Positions 46,509 through 59,828 of a DNA stretch of 64,000 nt are shown here, piece after piece; position 1 is the first letter of the stretch; every line of letters starts with the position of its first letter. Source of the stretch: Podarcis erhardii (taxonomy: Eukaryota); assembly GCA_964252035.1 (NCBI GenBank), contig OZ176200.1, one strand, 5' to 3'. The notes below the pieces were generated by a model. That model worked only from the letters and a program-made list of their open reading frames with translations. It was not told where the DNA came from and did not search any database. A program made the position numbers and the translations under genes.

Positions 46509-47492
46509 GCCCACACCCAAACGTATTTGTATATGAGAATCAACTTCACTTTTCCCCCAGCAGACAAGAAGTTTCAAGGCAAGGAGGCAGGGCTATCCTT
46601 TCGTTCCTCACCAGAGAGAAAGCTATGGGTAGTATCAACAAGGAGAGACTAGGATGTGTTGAGCAATTTTCTGTTTACATTCCTGGTCTCTGGCAGTTAC
46701 CTGAATCCTCAGTGTGTGTGTGTCTGGGGCTCCTATGTATCCTCAACAGTACAGATGGACAGACTTTTGGTCCAACTAAACACCCCATGAATTTTCCTTA
46801 AGAGAATGCTTGCCAGCAACATTATTTCCTTTCCAGTGAAATAGATGGGCTTTCAGTGCATCTTTATGGCGGTCTGGCTGAAATGGAAAGAGAACTTGGT
46901 GGCAGAATAATGGGTGAAGAGGGAGTGGAGGATGTGGATTTGCTATGAATGCCTGAGAGCTTTTACATTTCAAAACAACGTTTTTCTGAACTGAGCCCTC
47001 ATCACAAACAATATCTAAGTCAAAGGTATTAAGTTCATGTATTTAGCAACTTGCAAATCGGAGAGTAACTTGAAGGAAGCAACAAAAGGGTTGATTAGTG
47101 TACTGAGTGGTTTCTACAGTTTGATTTGTTATCAGTGGAAAGAGTAACAATGCTTAGAGTAATTCTCTCTTTTTAACATCAAAGCATCTGGAAAGGAAAA
47201 CTATAATCACCATGTGTTATAGGTGCATTAACTATGTGCACTGGAAGCTAGAGACTTGTGTGCCAGGTGAGGGGAACCAGCTGAGGGGGCATAAAATCTC
47301 ACCAGAGTCACACCTAGGCTCCCTTGCACCTTTGGCAAAGAGTTGTATTGGTGGCGCTCCAGTCCCTTGTGTCCTTGGCAATCACAGCTCTCTTCATCTT
47401 TCTTTTGTGATTTTTGAGCCCCACTGGGCCTGGGCCCTTGGAGGGGGCCAACCAAGCCAACCCCTAGGCATGCCCCTGACTATAACTCTAAG

Positions 47493-47666
47493 TAGAGGTG
47501 CCAGCTTGAGTAAAATATGGGGGGGGGGCAGGTAAGCTCTGCCCCGCATAATCTATCACACACCGTTTAAATGGCAATGCCCATCAACTTTGTGAGGTCC
47601 CAGCCCTCTCAAGTATTTTACTGGGGAAGCCAAAGGGACCTCGGCCCCTAGGCACTGGCTCCTATG
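47493..47666. mobile_element. Non-autonomous hAT element
   Basis: Perfect 8-bp TSD ACTCTAAG (47485-47492, 47667-47674); degenerate TIRs. Confidence 0.7.
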
Positions 47667-50407
47667 ACTCTAAGGAAGGCAGAGGGGTTGAGCCCTCAGA
47701 AGGCTGCCAAGATGGTCTTCAATAGCCAGTTCAAAATACACAATTTCTTGTACGTTTAAAACCACTTTTAAACCTCGGATTTTTATTTTGATTGGGATAT
47801 ATTTTTTTGCCAAACACAGTTACCCCCATGCTGCATTTGTAAAATATATAAATAAAAAATAAGTCAACATGCAAACAGCAACAATAACCCATAGGCTGAG
47901 GCAGTAGAGCAGTTAGATCATTTCAGACTCTGAGCTTATGCCACCATTTCCTTCAGATGGTAATGCCCACCTCTCTCTTTTTAGATAGTAATATGTATTA
48001 TATCAATTACTTCAAAATGTGGTAAGCTAGTGTGGCCTTATTTGGGGGTTTCATGGTCATTCTCCTGAGTGGGGTGCTGGATTTCTGACCAGGGTCCTGT
48101 CCTGACTAGGCTGGGAAACAGAAATTGCATCCTTATTTTGGGCTTTCAGGCATCTCTTGAAGACGTTATTAAAAAATTTCTTGAGTAGCCAGTCATTTTA
48201 ATTACTGTTTTGGTGAGAAGTTTGGGTGTGGCTGCCAAGTTGTATTGCTTGTCTCTGTGGTGTCATAGCATTAGCCACAAGGTGGCTGTGATGTCTTTGC
48301 AACCACACTTCAAGCTGCAATGAGCCCATTAACTGGCAGAGGGGGGAGGGCATTTCCCCCACCATTTTATATATTTCTGTTGGGTAATCGCAATTTCCAT
48401 GCAACAGAAGTTCTTCCTTGAGAGAATATGTCTCCCTTTTCCCATGACAGCTGAGTAACATCACACTTTTTATCATGCAAAATTACAATAGTTTGGGAAT
48501 GCGAACGCTTTGTTTAGCTAGTTTCTACCCGAATGTTCACTTAGGAATGCTGTAATTTAAACTCAGACAGAAAGAAAGCCATCTTGTCCAGAAACCCAAA
48601 TCAAATGTGCACAAAAGCCAAACACTCTGAATACAATTTTAATACCAAGTACTAAAGAACAGCCAAAAATGGAACCTGTGATTGTGGTAAAAATGTAACA
48701 ACAGATGGATGAACAATTGGCAACTTGCTGCTTAATAGTTCCCCAAATCCTGCCACCGGAGGGGAGCTGTCTAACCCTGCTTAGTGGTAAGACTGACTCT
48801 GACATAGTACTGATCTAAACTCCCTGTAGCTAAGTCCAACTAAAATATTTATCTCTCTGTCCCCCCACCCCACCCCCATCTCTAAATTATAATGGAAACT
48901 GTGGTTCCAAACTGTTTCTTTCCCCCCTCCCCCTAGCTAAAGAGTATCACCTCCCCAAAAGCTGGAGAAACCTTTCCAGCCTTCAAGGAACATTACTGTT
49001 CTTTTGTTAAACTCCCTGGCTGGTTGCCCATTGACAGTAATGTAAACAGTCTAAACTCATAACAGTGCTCAGGCCGATTCTGCTTAGCTTATATGATATT
49101 GAATCAGAAGACTTGAGCCAATGGAAGTGTGGCTGTAGGCCAGGAACGAGTTACAGAAAGGCAGCCTGTCAGATCTGACTCTTGTGGACACCAGTTTCTT
49201 TTTTTCCATTGCTGGCATTTAGATACTAAGAAGCTGGAGGGGATACAGAACTGACACAGTAGATCTAGTACTTAGGTCGCAGTGAAATATTTCACATGCA
49301 TTCAAGATCTCCATTGTCTACAGGGAAGGAGAATAACGACGCAATACTCTCTTTTTTTCTAAACAGCTAACGGTTTCAATGTGGTTCATAGGGAGCTGTT
49401 TTACAAACAAACCACTGACACTTTTTTTAAAAAAAAACCTGATCACAGAATGAGCGACAGCATGTTACTCCATTCACAAAGGTGAAAACGTAATTTATTC
49501 CAGTTTTACTTTCCCATGCTCTGATTTTCTACATTGCTTTGAGAAACTGTAATTGGGGGGAAATGTTTAGTTATGACCAGTTTCCAGGGCAGCTCCATAA
49601 AGACTAGCTTAGAAAAGCAAAGGGGTGACAAATTAACAAAACACAGTATAATTAGGAAAGCAAGGATTTAAATGCTTATATGCTTCAAATGTTATACAGT
49701 ATAGGAAATCTAATATACTATGATTGAAACTGGAGGAGCATCTACTTCCCCTTGGAATCATACCTGCTAGTTTTCTCAGGCCCTCTCTCCATACAAGATA
49801 CCATTGTTTCTGATGTGATTGAGTATTGTTCTATTTCTGAATGCCCTATCGGCTGCTTAGTATTTGTATCTGCTCCAGGACGGGTTTAGGTTATGAACTG
49901 CACATTTAGCATTCCACGATGTGGTTTGTTCTCTTTAATTCTTACTTTGTGGGCCTCAACTGACACGTCACATGCATGTAAATTTTGCATTTTCTGTATG
50001 GGATGCATAAATTCATGTGGTGGAGAAGAAGTGCATTTCTATGTTTTGAAAATGACCATATTTTTTTACCCCTTAGCTACATTAAGATTACGTTACTTCC
50101 AGTTGCTATGAGGAGACAGTAAAAGGAAAACTAGCTGAAGTACCTCCCAGCAGAGGAGATAAGCTAACCAGCCCAGGCACCTGACCTCAGAGCCTAACTC
50201 CCACACCAGTAAGTAGCTCCATCCATAGGAGCCATGTATAAGGCACAGAGCTGGTATCAACTTTGCCTGCAATCAATTTCTTCATGCTACAGGAATGAGT
50301 CTGAGGTGTTGTGACAACATTGAAATGTTTCCTTGCATGGACCAGTTTATCCAGTCACTTCCCAATACTGCTGCTGCAGTGGCTATTGCCCTGATTGGTA
50401 GAAAGAG

Positions 50408-50462
50408 CTCTTCTTCTTCTTCTTCTTCTTCTTCTTCTTCTTCTTCTTCTTCTTCTTCTTCT
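50408..50462. repeat. (CTT)n microsatellite
   Basis: About 18 units. Confidence 0.95.
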
Positions 50463-51305
50463 GTATTCATAGTGTAGTGTAACCAGGAGGGTCAGGAAGC
50501 CACTGCAAAATGGGAACAATACAAGGTTGTCATGAGGAAGAGAAGGGAGGAAAGAAGAAGATGGTAAAATATTTGTAATGTGATAATGATCTCTCAGCTA
50601 GGATTTTGACTTGATGAATTACTGGACTGTTCGAATATAGCATGTATTACGTATCCAGTTATGACTGAGCAAAGGAGATGCTCAATAGCTAGAGTTACAC
50701 CATTTTCCTAAGGCATTACCTAAAGCAAGGCAGACATAGCAGTGAATAGCAAGCAAGAAATCCATTGGCCTATGACTTCATAGGTCAACACTGGGGTACA
50801 TCAAAGGCTTCATTTTAACACCAATGCAGTCTGACTCCCTTTGAAACTGTACAGCATACTGTACTGTATGTGTGTGTACGCGAGGAGATATATATGATCA
50901 CACATACACTGAATGGATCAGTTTAAAAAGAGTCAGAGATAACAAGGGAAGTATCTGTATTGCTTATTAGCTAGACAGCCCCCACATTTCTGCCAGAAAC
51001 AATGCAGCAACCAAATGATTTGTGACAGTTCAACCATAGCCAATAATTACTGCAAGCAGTTGCCTGACAGAGGACTAAAGGGCAATGGAGGGATTGCACC
51101 TGTAGGAAGTGTTGTGATTAATTACCTTCAGTTTAGCTAGCATCAGCCCAGACCCCTTACGCACAGTGGGGAAGGAAAGCACAATTTCAATCAAGTTATT
51201 TTGGCTATTCTGGCAACAAAACAGCTTCAATGTGTTTCACTAGGTAAGAACACAGTGTAAGCGGAAGTTATTTCCTCTGTTTTAGCCATCGTGGTGTAGA
51301 GTGGT

Positions 51306-51757
51306 TAGTACATTTCCGAGCACAATTCAAAGTGTTGGTGCTGACCTTTAAAGCCCTAAATGGTCTCGGTCCAGTATACCTGAAGGAGCATCTCCACCCC
51401 CATCATTCAGCCCGGACACTGAGGTCCAGCGCCGAGGACCTTCCGGCGATTCCCTCACTGTGAGAAGCCAAGTTACAGGGAACCAGGCAGAGCGCCTTCT
51501 CACCCTAGTGGCACCCACCCTGTGGAACACCCTCCCACCAGATGTCAAAGAGAAAAACAACTACCAGACTTTTAGAAGACATCTGGACAGCTCTGATTAG
51601 GGAAGCTTTTAATATTTAATTAATATTTAATTGTATTTTAATATTTTGTTGGAAGCCGCCCAGAGTAGCTGGGGAAATCCAGCCAGATGGGCAGGTTATA
51701 AATAATAATAATAATAATAATAATAATAATTATTATTATTATTATTATTATTATTAT
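51306..51757 (+). mobile_element. 5'-truncated L2 LINE 3' end with (AAT)n/(TAT)n tail
   Basis: Translation FRAQFKVLVLTFKALNGLGPVYLKEHL...RTLRSS...APTLWNTLP is the L2 ORF2 C-terminus. Confidence 0.85.
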
Positions 51758-51759
51758 AC

Positions 51760-51925
51760 CAGACTAGGACTTAGGATAGCAGAGTTCAAACCCTCAATTA
51801 GCCAGAAAACCTGGGTCAATCACACTCTTTCAGCCTATCCTACTTTATAGGGTTGTTGTGAAGACAGAACACAGGGAAATGAATGACTGCTTGAGCTCCA
51901 TGGAGGAAAGGTGGGATATAACAGT
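51760..51925 (+). mobile_element. MIR/CORE-like SINE remnant
   Basis: TCAGCCTATCCTACTTTATAGGGTTGTTGTGAAGA resembles the CORE segment. Confidence 0.45.
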
Positions 51926-52374
51926 ATCCTAGTCACATGGTTCATGTTATTGTTGCCATCAGTTCTTCTCTGATCCTCAGAGCAGCTAACAACAATAATA
52001 TAAACAGAAAAATAAGAGAATGATAAGAATTAAAAGAAAAACAGCAACATATATTGCTTGTGGGCTTCCCACATACATTTGGAATTGGACACTGCGAAAG
52101 AAAAACCTGGACTAAACAAACCTTTGAGCTGATCTAACAAGGCATCTCTTCTATTATGTACTCAAGACAGCACTGTCATGGAAATGACTTCTCACCTGCT
52201 CTTCACTCAAGCTCTGTCTTGATGGCAGCAGATGTACTGAAGAAACACAACCAATTCTTTACATTTCTTAAATGTCCTTGGAAGCTATATTGCTTGAAAC
52301 TCCATCTGGGATTTTATCTTTGAATACAGCTGTGAGCATCAACAAAGGAGGATGCATCCATGTACTGAACATAT

Positions 52375-52859
52375 TGTTATGAGCTGAGGGAGGAGTAAGA
52401 TGTACAGTGTGTCTGAGCCCCCTTCTAATTCCTGGATCCACCATAGATTCAATTCCTGGAATAGCCAGGCTAGCTTCCTGGTGAGGTAATAGCCTAAATA
52501 TGGGCCATTAAAGTAACCAAGGAAGTGGCCCTGTGCAGATGGGAGTTAGAAAGACAAAATGGCAGAGTTGGGAGTTGCAAGGCTGCAGGCTGAGCAGCTG
52601 GGAAACAGAACCATGCTTGATTTCCAATGGAATCCAGGGCTGTGGCTATGGGAGAAGCAAGACCCTCTTTGGGTGTTAATGTTGTGACCCCCCCCCCATT
52701 TGTAGGCTTAGGCTGTATATATGTGTAAATAAACCATATATCATAAAGACATCACCGTCTTCACAGTCGCTCATTCTGAGGAAGCTGAACCCCAGATAAG
52801 CAGCTGGAACCCCTGGAATCTTGCACCATTCAGAGATTGGGGTGGTGTGCATGCTATAA
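52375..52859 (+). mobile_element. Solo LTR-like element, copy 1
   Basis: Starts TGTTATGA; TATATATGTGTAAATAAA; extensive colinear similarity to 57600-58223. Confidence 0.65.
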
Positions 52860-53786
52860 TCATTCTGCCATGATAACAGCTGGATGGCTAAACTACAGAA
52901 TGGTACACCGATATAATTCACAAGCATGCAACTGAACGCAAATGGCACAGGGACAACAGCTTGTGGAGCACTCACCTTAATGTCTAGATTCAGTCATATT
53001 TCACTGATAATTTTTGAATATATATAGTTGTTCACTCTGATCTAAGGGCCTTTATAAGAAACTGAGTGTTTCTTTTGCATGAACACATCTGATTTTTACA
53101 CTCCTGCAAATCCATCTTTTCCTCTGTAGCAGAGTGAGAACTGACAAGGGACCAAAAATAATTGCAGACCCATCCAGCAAAGACTCTGTGTAGCAGAGAC
53201 AGAGGCCTGGGGCTCCTCTGCCGTAATTAAGAGGCACATGCAATATGCTGTTTTAATTGCCGCATGCACTAAAAGTATAGTGGAAAGGGGAATGGGGCTG
53301 GAGCCAGTATTCTGTGTTTATTGCAACACCCAGGCTGGGAACAGCTTGCATGCCATCCTCCCAGCACACTTGATTCTATCTCTCATCAGCATGATTAAGC
53401 ATAAGTAATGTCAAGCTGTTCAGTGCTGAGGCAAAATAAAATAAATAGAGACATATTATAGGAGGACACTGCCAAAACATTTTTCCATATATTTTCCGCT
53501 TAGGGTGTTCTCAGTTAAAATATGTACATATATAGGCCATCTTTTCCATCCACAGTTGTTGACAGACTGTCGGCATGTGGTTAAATTTCACATCAGACTT
53601 GACTAATATTTATCTACCCCATAAAAGGTGCTCAGAGGGCAACATCAGGTCTTTCAGCAGTGAGGTGGACCTGCAGCTGGACACCTCCATTTCTCTGACT
53701 GGGCTTTTCATTCTGAAGCATGATTTTGGGTCATTCTGCTTTGGGCAGATTTCGTACTGGTGGGCTGATTTTCACAGACGTTCAGT

Positions 53787-53933
53787 CAGTGGCGTAGCGT
53801 GGGTTGTCAGCACCCGGGGCAAGGCAAGTAATTTGCACCCCCTAACCCGTGGATTTGCGCCCCCTAACCCTAACCCCCAGATGTTGCGCCCGGTGCGGCC
53901 GGCCCCCCCTGCACCCCCCACGCTACGCCACTG
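53787..53933 (-). mobile_element. hAT MITE with TTAGGG-containing internal repeats, copy 2
   Basis: Same TIRs as 46329-46508; perfect TSD CGTTCAGT. Confidence 0.9.
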
Positions 53934-55003
53934 CGTTCAGTGGCAGCAGCTTCATACTTGGTCATGTGAATCTAGTGGAGCACAAATCTCCCAGGCAAAC
54001 TACCGGTAGTTTGATATTTGGCATGGTTCAGCTTGCAAAATGAGGAATGGCAGATTCATGATCCTGCTTGAGTGCCCTTTCTCCAAACTGGAGATGTGAA
54101 GGTTCTGGTTATGGTAAGAGAAAGACACACAACTAGAGTCCCCCCTCTCCATTCACTGTTGCTCACGTCTAAATACTCAGGAGTGTGTACATTTTATATT
54201 TATAGAGGCATTTCTTTCAACTGTCTGTTCTCTGGGCGATCAGATCTCTCTACTACTCGGCTAATCCTAATCCAAAAGTACAGCTATGGCACAGAGGTCC
54301 TGCCCATGTGTCTCTAAGCAGAAAAAAGTGACAGATTGGGCTGCCTAAGAGTCAGCCCTAGTAGGAAAGCTCTTGCTCCATCTGTTGCTAGGAGCCCTGT
54401 CCAGAACAACTACTATAGCAGATAGGGAAGGAGTTAGAGCTGCTTCAGAAACAACCTTATGTGGTAGGATTAGCATATCAGAATCATACACTGAGCTATT
54501 TCCCTGAAGGCCAGATAAGAAACAGGGAGTATTTCCTAATCTGAGGAGTTGTTCATTTGTTTAGTTTAGTATTTTTTGGTGACCTTGCTAGTGAGAGTGA
54601 ACAAGCAAGCAACAGCAAGTCTCTTTCTATAATAAATATCTGTTTTTCACTTAATCATTTTGCTTTTGCAATGGTGGATGGCTTGTGTATGTGTTGCAAC
54701 AAACTCTGTAATAAGCATTTCCTTACATTCATTCATTAAAAGCTGCAGCAGCTGCTGGATGAGGCAGGGCAGGTGACACAAGATCTAACAGGGGATATAG
54801 CTTGAATGCACAATCATTTTTGTCTATTGGCTGGAATACTTTTTTCTTTTATTTTAGGGGGGAAATGTTTAGGATAATGTATCATTAAACTGATATTTGG
54901 AAGGAGAAAAACTATACAACTGGAAGCAAGTTTTCATTACTTTTAAATATGTTTTGTGTTTAGTTTTTTTGCTATAGATGTGTAGGTGTAAACCAGTGTA
55001 AAC

Positions 55004-55384
55004 CAGTGGTTTTCAATCAGTGACACCCTGTGGTGCCTTGAATGATGGTCAGGGGTGCTGCGGCGATCACTGGCCTCTGTCCCTCTTTCCTTCCCTCCCT
55101 CTGGAGCTGGCCAGGGGGTGCTTCCCAGGCCTCTGTGGGGCAGTGTGAGGAGGCACCTCTCTTTGGCGTGGGGGTGAGGAGCTCAGAGACCAGGGGCAGC
55201 AGCAGCGACTGCCTGGAGGACTCCCAAGGAGAGGGGAGAGGGAGGGTGTTTGAAAAAGGGGGAGAGGCTGCCAGCTCTGCAGGCAAGGGGGGACACAACT
55301 GGGCTCCTGAGTCCCATAGGGGTGCCGCAGAAAGAAGGTAGTTGGTCAAGGGAGCTGAGGATCCAAAAAGGTTGAAAACCTCTG
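55004..55384. mobile_element. hAT (Charlie-like) non-autonomous element
   Basis: TIRs CAGTGGTTTTCAA / TTGAAAACCTCTG; TSD GTGTAAAC / GTGTAAAT. Confidence 0.8.
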
Positions 55385-56377
55385 GTGTAAATAATACATG
55401 AATTCAAAAACGTATGTCATGTGGTATGGCTTAATTTCAAATTAAGAGGTATGGAGTCACTCTTGTCTGACAATCATATTTGGGCTCTTTATATGAAAGC
55501 TCTTTCCCTGCCCATTAATGTGCAGGGAATAATTGACTTTTTAGGGAGAGAGGAGGCAATGGCACCCTATACATGTTTAATGACACACTTTCCTAAGTCA
55601 GTGCCATACAAGTCCTGTTATGATGGTTAAAAAGGTTTAAAAAATTGTGGCCCTACCAAGTCAAAATGTTAGCAAGCTTCACTGAGTCCTTAGCTTCAGG
55701 GCTTTGTGGGGAGAGCCTCGCAGAAACCCTCTAGCTACACTCTTGTCGCTACATATTAGTCCCATCCAAGCACTTGTGAGACGGAGAGGTTGCTCAAACT
55801 CAAAATAAAGGAAAAAGAGAATAGGTGGCAATAAATCCAGCAGAGCTCATCAGAGCTTAGCTCTGGAAACTGTTCTCCCATACAAATGCTTAGCCCTGTA
55901 ACAGGTAAAGTAATGAGAATGTGCCTTGGAGCATGAGTTGCCTTTCCCTTGTCATTGAGAATCACAGTCACCAGCACCACCTGCTCAGGAATTATGGGTA
56001 ACGGCTTTCAGAACAGCAAAGGCCTTGATTTCCAGACAGGCCTGAGGCCTGGCACCTCTCATTTGGAAAATTAAACTCTGAAACTAACCCAGAAACATCT
56101 GGTTCTCCTCTTAGACCTCCTCAGACCTAGCTGTAATTTTTGGAGAAAGTACATGTTGCAAGATCTGCTCATGGAGCATAATCAAGTGCCCAAGACAGGC
56201 TCACATGGTACACAATTTTATACAGCCAACATGAATTGGCAGCCACGTACTTTCCTTCCCTACAAGTCCACTGCAGCAGCATTCACACTGAATAGCCCGG
56301 GGGGGGGGGGGTGAGCCTAGTGTCTTTGGTGCCAGGTCTCAGATCTCCTGTGCTTTCCCTCACTTTTTAAAGACCTA

Positions 56378-56541
56378 GGCCACATTCACCTCATACATTT
56401 AAAGCAATCACTGGAACTTTGGGAACTTTAGGAAGGGAATAGTGGTCTCCTAACAACTCTCAGCACTCTTAACAAACGACAGCTCCCATAATTCTTTGGG
56501 GAAACCACGACTGGCTAAAGTGGTACCATAGTGCATTAGAT
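56378..56541. mobile_element. Old palindromic squamate MITE
   Basis: GGCCACATTCACCTCATACATTTAA ... TTAGATGTATGCTGTGAGTGTAGCC imperfect inverted ends. Confidence 0.5.
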
Positions 56542-57009
56542 GTATGCTGTGAGTGTAGCCTTACTGTTTTTTTATTTACTTTGCTTATAGAGAAGCTGGG
56601 CAGCTACCTGCCATCTTAATATGTCCAGAAGCACCTGTTCAGATAAGTGAGCATATGCAAATTTTATGCAAATCTGTGCCATGATTCTTGTGCTTCAAAT
56701 CCTGTAAGTGCTTAGCAATGCCCTTGGCTGGAACTGAGGCTGACCAATCTCCCCACTGTTGTGTTGGTGAAAATTATTCCAAACTTTGATTAATGGGGAG
56801 CAGAGATGGCGTGGGGTGATGATGAACATGTGAGGGGAGCTGTGTTGGGGGGAGCAGCTGCTGCACACATCTGCAGTGCTAATCCACTGCCCTCTCCCAT
56901 TGTGACCCTCCTTGTGTATTTCAGTGTGTGTATCTGAATATTCCTTATCTTAGTCCTCTAGAAGAGAAAGTGTTGGGTAGAGCATCCTTTCCATTAATGT
57001 ACAGATAGA

Positions 57010-57346
57010 AACACAGGAATATGTCTTATACTGAGCCAGACCACCAGTCCACCAAGTCAGTATTGTCTACAGCAGGCACCCCCAAACTCGGCCCTCCAGC
57101 TGTTTTGGGACTACAATTCCCATCATCCCTGACCACTGGTCCTGTTAGCTAGGGATGATGGGAGTTGTAGTCCCAAAACAGCTGGAGGGCCAAGTTTGGG
57201 GATGCTTGGTCGACTCTACAGTGACTAACAGTGGCTCTCTGGGGTTTGAAGCAGAAGTCTTTCCCAGCTCCATCTGGAGATACCGAGGATTGGGACCTTC
57301 TGCATGCAAAGTAGATGCTCTGCCACTGAGCTATGACCTTTCCCCC
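57010..57346 (-). mobile_element. tRNA-derived SINE with a CR1-like tail, interrupted by a MITE
   Basis: Minus strand GGGGAAAGGTCATAGCTCAGTGGCAGAGCATCTACTTTGCATGCAGAAGGTCCC (A-box, tRNA-Ala-like head) ... GTAGACAATACTGA...TCAGTATAAG tail. Confidence 0.75.
57073..57208. mobile_element. Palindromic hAT-type MITE nested in the SINE
   Basis: CAGGCACCCCCAAAC...GTTTGGGGATGCTTG; near-perfect hairpin. Confidence 0.85.
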
Positions 57347-57599
57347 ATACAGATGCTATAGACATTAGCTAATCAAGCTGAATTATTTTGGGAGCAGAAT
57401 CAGGATTTTAAAAGGACTCTTCTGTACACACTAGAACAGGCTGAGGATGTTTTCGAAAGCATTAGGTACCACTTAGAGCACATTCATGTTTTACTGTGAT
57501 GAGCCACAGTAGCTGGAAAACAGGAAGTACTTCATTAAAGAGGAATTTTCATGTTGCAAGGGTTTAAAGCTACCGTTCTTTAAATCCTTGCAAATGTAA

Positions 57600-57855
57600 T
57601 GTTATGACTTGGGGGTGGGGGTGGGGGAGTAGGCCATATGCCAAGACCCTTCTAATTCTTGGCTCCAGCAAGGGTTAACATCTAAGGAAGGATTCAAATT
57701 GTCAGAACAGCCAGACATGCTTCTTGATAATGGCCCTCTAAATATGGGTTGTTAAAGTAACAAGGGAAGTGGCTTTGTGCCATATGGCAAATGGGTGGGC
57801 CCCACTCCCTCAACTCACAGGTAGTCAGTTAGAAAAGACAACAGTCAGAGCTGAG

Positions 57856-57895
<40 letters not shown>

Positions 57896-58223
57896 GCTAG
57901 AAACTGGAAGAAGAAGCAGGCTGAAGCCTGTGAGTTATAGCCATGCCTGATTTCTGCTTGAATCCAAGTAAGTCTGTGGCTACGGGAGAAGCAATACCTC
58001 CAGGTGGTGTATAAATTGAAATAATAATAATAATAATAATACCTACGGGGTGTTAATGCTGTGACCCCCTCTATTGTAGGCTCAGGTTGTATATATGTGT
58101 AAATAAACTGTATATCATAAAGACACTACAGTCTCCACTATCCTTCATTTCAAAGGAGGCATGAACCCTGGTAAGCACCTGGAACCTCACACTGCTCAGA
58201 GATTGGGGTGGTGTGCAGCAGTA
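57600..58223 (+). mobile_element. Solo LTR-like element, copy 2 (contains (GT)n 57858-57893 and a small LINE-tail insertion)
   Basis: Colinear with 52375-52859 (shared blocks CCTTCTAATTC, TAAATATGGG, GTGTTAATG.TGTGACCCCC, CAGAGATTGGGGTGGTGTGCA). Confidence 0.65.
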
Positions 58224-59317
58224 AAAAAGGGCTAGTGCACAGAACCCTCTTTTTGCCTATTCTAAATGCTTTCTGGTCAGAATGAGGACCACTTCCAAAA
58301 TATGTGGTTTGTGAGTGGGTGATCAGTGCACTTTGAAGAAGGAATGTCAATCATCAACAAAGCTACTGTTGGAGGAAACTCTAGTCAGTTGGAATCCCAT
58401 AATACTTAGCTCAGAGCAAGCTTCATGGAAAACAATGAAACTTCTGAGTAGACATGTACCATATTGCACTGCTTGAAATGCCTTCTCAGCTATCAGTATG
58501 TAAAAAATCAAGCAGGTGTGAAATCTTACAGGACAAGCAGAACCTGCTTTTCTAGCCATGTTTTCCCAAGTCATACCTAATTGCATTTTTGCATTACAGC
58601 AAATGTTCATTCATACAAGTTTGTTTTTTTTGGAAAATGTGGTAGTGCTAAGGGTTGGCCCAAGAATAAACTTGCCCCACAGAAGTCTTGATCATGCTTT
58701 TTTAAAACCTTGCTAGAACTTTGAAGAATGATTCTGTGACTCCTAGAGTGCTGTCTTTTCTTTGAATTTTGGATTACAAGAGGACCTTGTTCCTGTTTCT
58801 GAAGAAACAGCTACTCAGAATGAGGAGCAAGACTCAGACAGTTTTGAGACATATTGTTCCAGCACGCTGGTTGGCAAGATGGGGAAAAAAAGATTGCCTC
58901 ATATTTCTTAAAAGGAATTGTAGCTGCAACAGTGGTTCAGCGGGCTTTTTTTTTATACTGACTTGATTAAATCTGAAGATGCCATTTGATCTAGGAGAGA
59001 GGTTATTTAAAATGAGTCCACCAAATGGGCCTGTGGAACTCATTGCTATGGTTACAACCATGACTGAGTGTGTATCCTTTTCTTATTATGCCTTGTTTGT
59101 TTATAAGTCTCATAATTGCAGTTGTCATGTTTCCAGCAAAACTATCCTGTTTGCTTGTTGTGGGACACCAAATTCAGATGGTGGTTTGAAAGGAGGCCAT
59201 GTGACAGAAAGAATGAGTAGAGGAATGGTTGACAGTACCAAAGTGAAAAGAGTGCAGCAGCTATGAGACACAGAGAGAAAGAAGGAATGAGATGAGAGTT
59301 GTGAACGTAAGCGCACA

Positions 59318-59466
59318 TAAAAGAATCAGCGAATTATAGAACTGTAGAGCTGGAAGGGACTGTGAAGTTCATCTAGTCCAATCCCTTGCAATGCAGAAAT
59401 CTCAACTAGATCATACAGGACGGATGGCCATCCAACCTCTGCTTAGAAACCTCCAAGAAAAGCCTC
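59318..59466 (-). mobile_element. CR1 3' terminal fragment
   Basis: Reverse complement reads ...GTCCCTTCCAGCTCTACAGTTCTATAATT, the CR1 3' end with (ATTCTRTG)-like tail. Confidence 0.65.
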
Positions 59467-59654
59467 CATATAACACGGGGGAAAGCCTTAGGGGTCACAA
59501 TCACAGATCATAGATGGCAATCAATTTGGCTCAACCCCTACATTCATTCTGTCTCTCATCTCATTCCCTCTTTCTCTCTCTGCCTCTCATAGCTATGTTA
59601 TGATCTGGGTGGATTCTAAGGTAAATGTCTCACTTCACTTGCCTTGTGTATGTG

Positions 59655-59828
59655 CAGTGCTTTTTTTCTGGGGGACGCAGGGGGACGCATACCCATAAGC
59701 ATTTTGTGAATCTTTGTACTTTTGTCCATTTACTGTATCCCCACCCCCAATTTGCACTATAAAATGGTGGCTTTCTTGAGTCAAAATGAGAGTAGCCCTA
59801 GACATTTTTTTAAAGAAAAAAAGCACTG
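59655..59828. mobile_element. hAT MITE
   Basis: Perfect 15-bp TIRs CAGTGCTTTTTTTCT; perfect TSD TGTATGTG. Confidence 0.9.

Noticed and set aside
52375-58223. The two related LTRs as ends of one 5.8-kb element
   Set aside because: They differ by many substitutions and large indels; no PBS, PPT, pol remnants or shared outer TSD; better explained as two solo LTRs.
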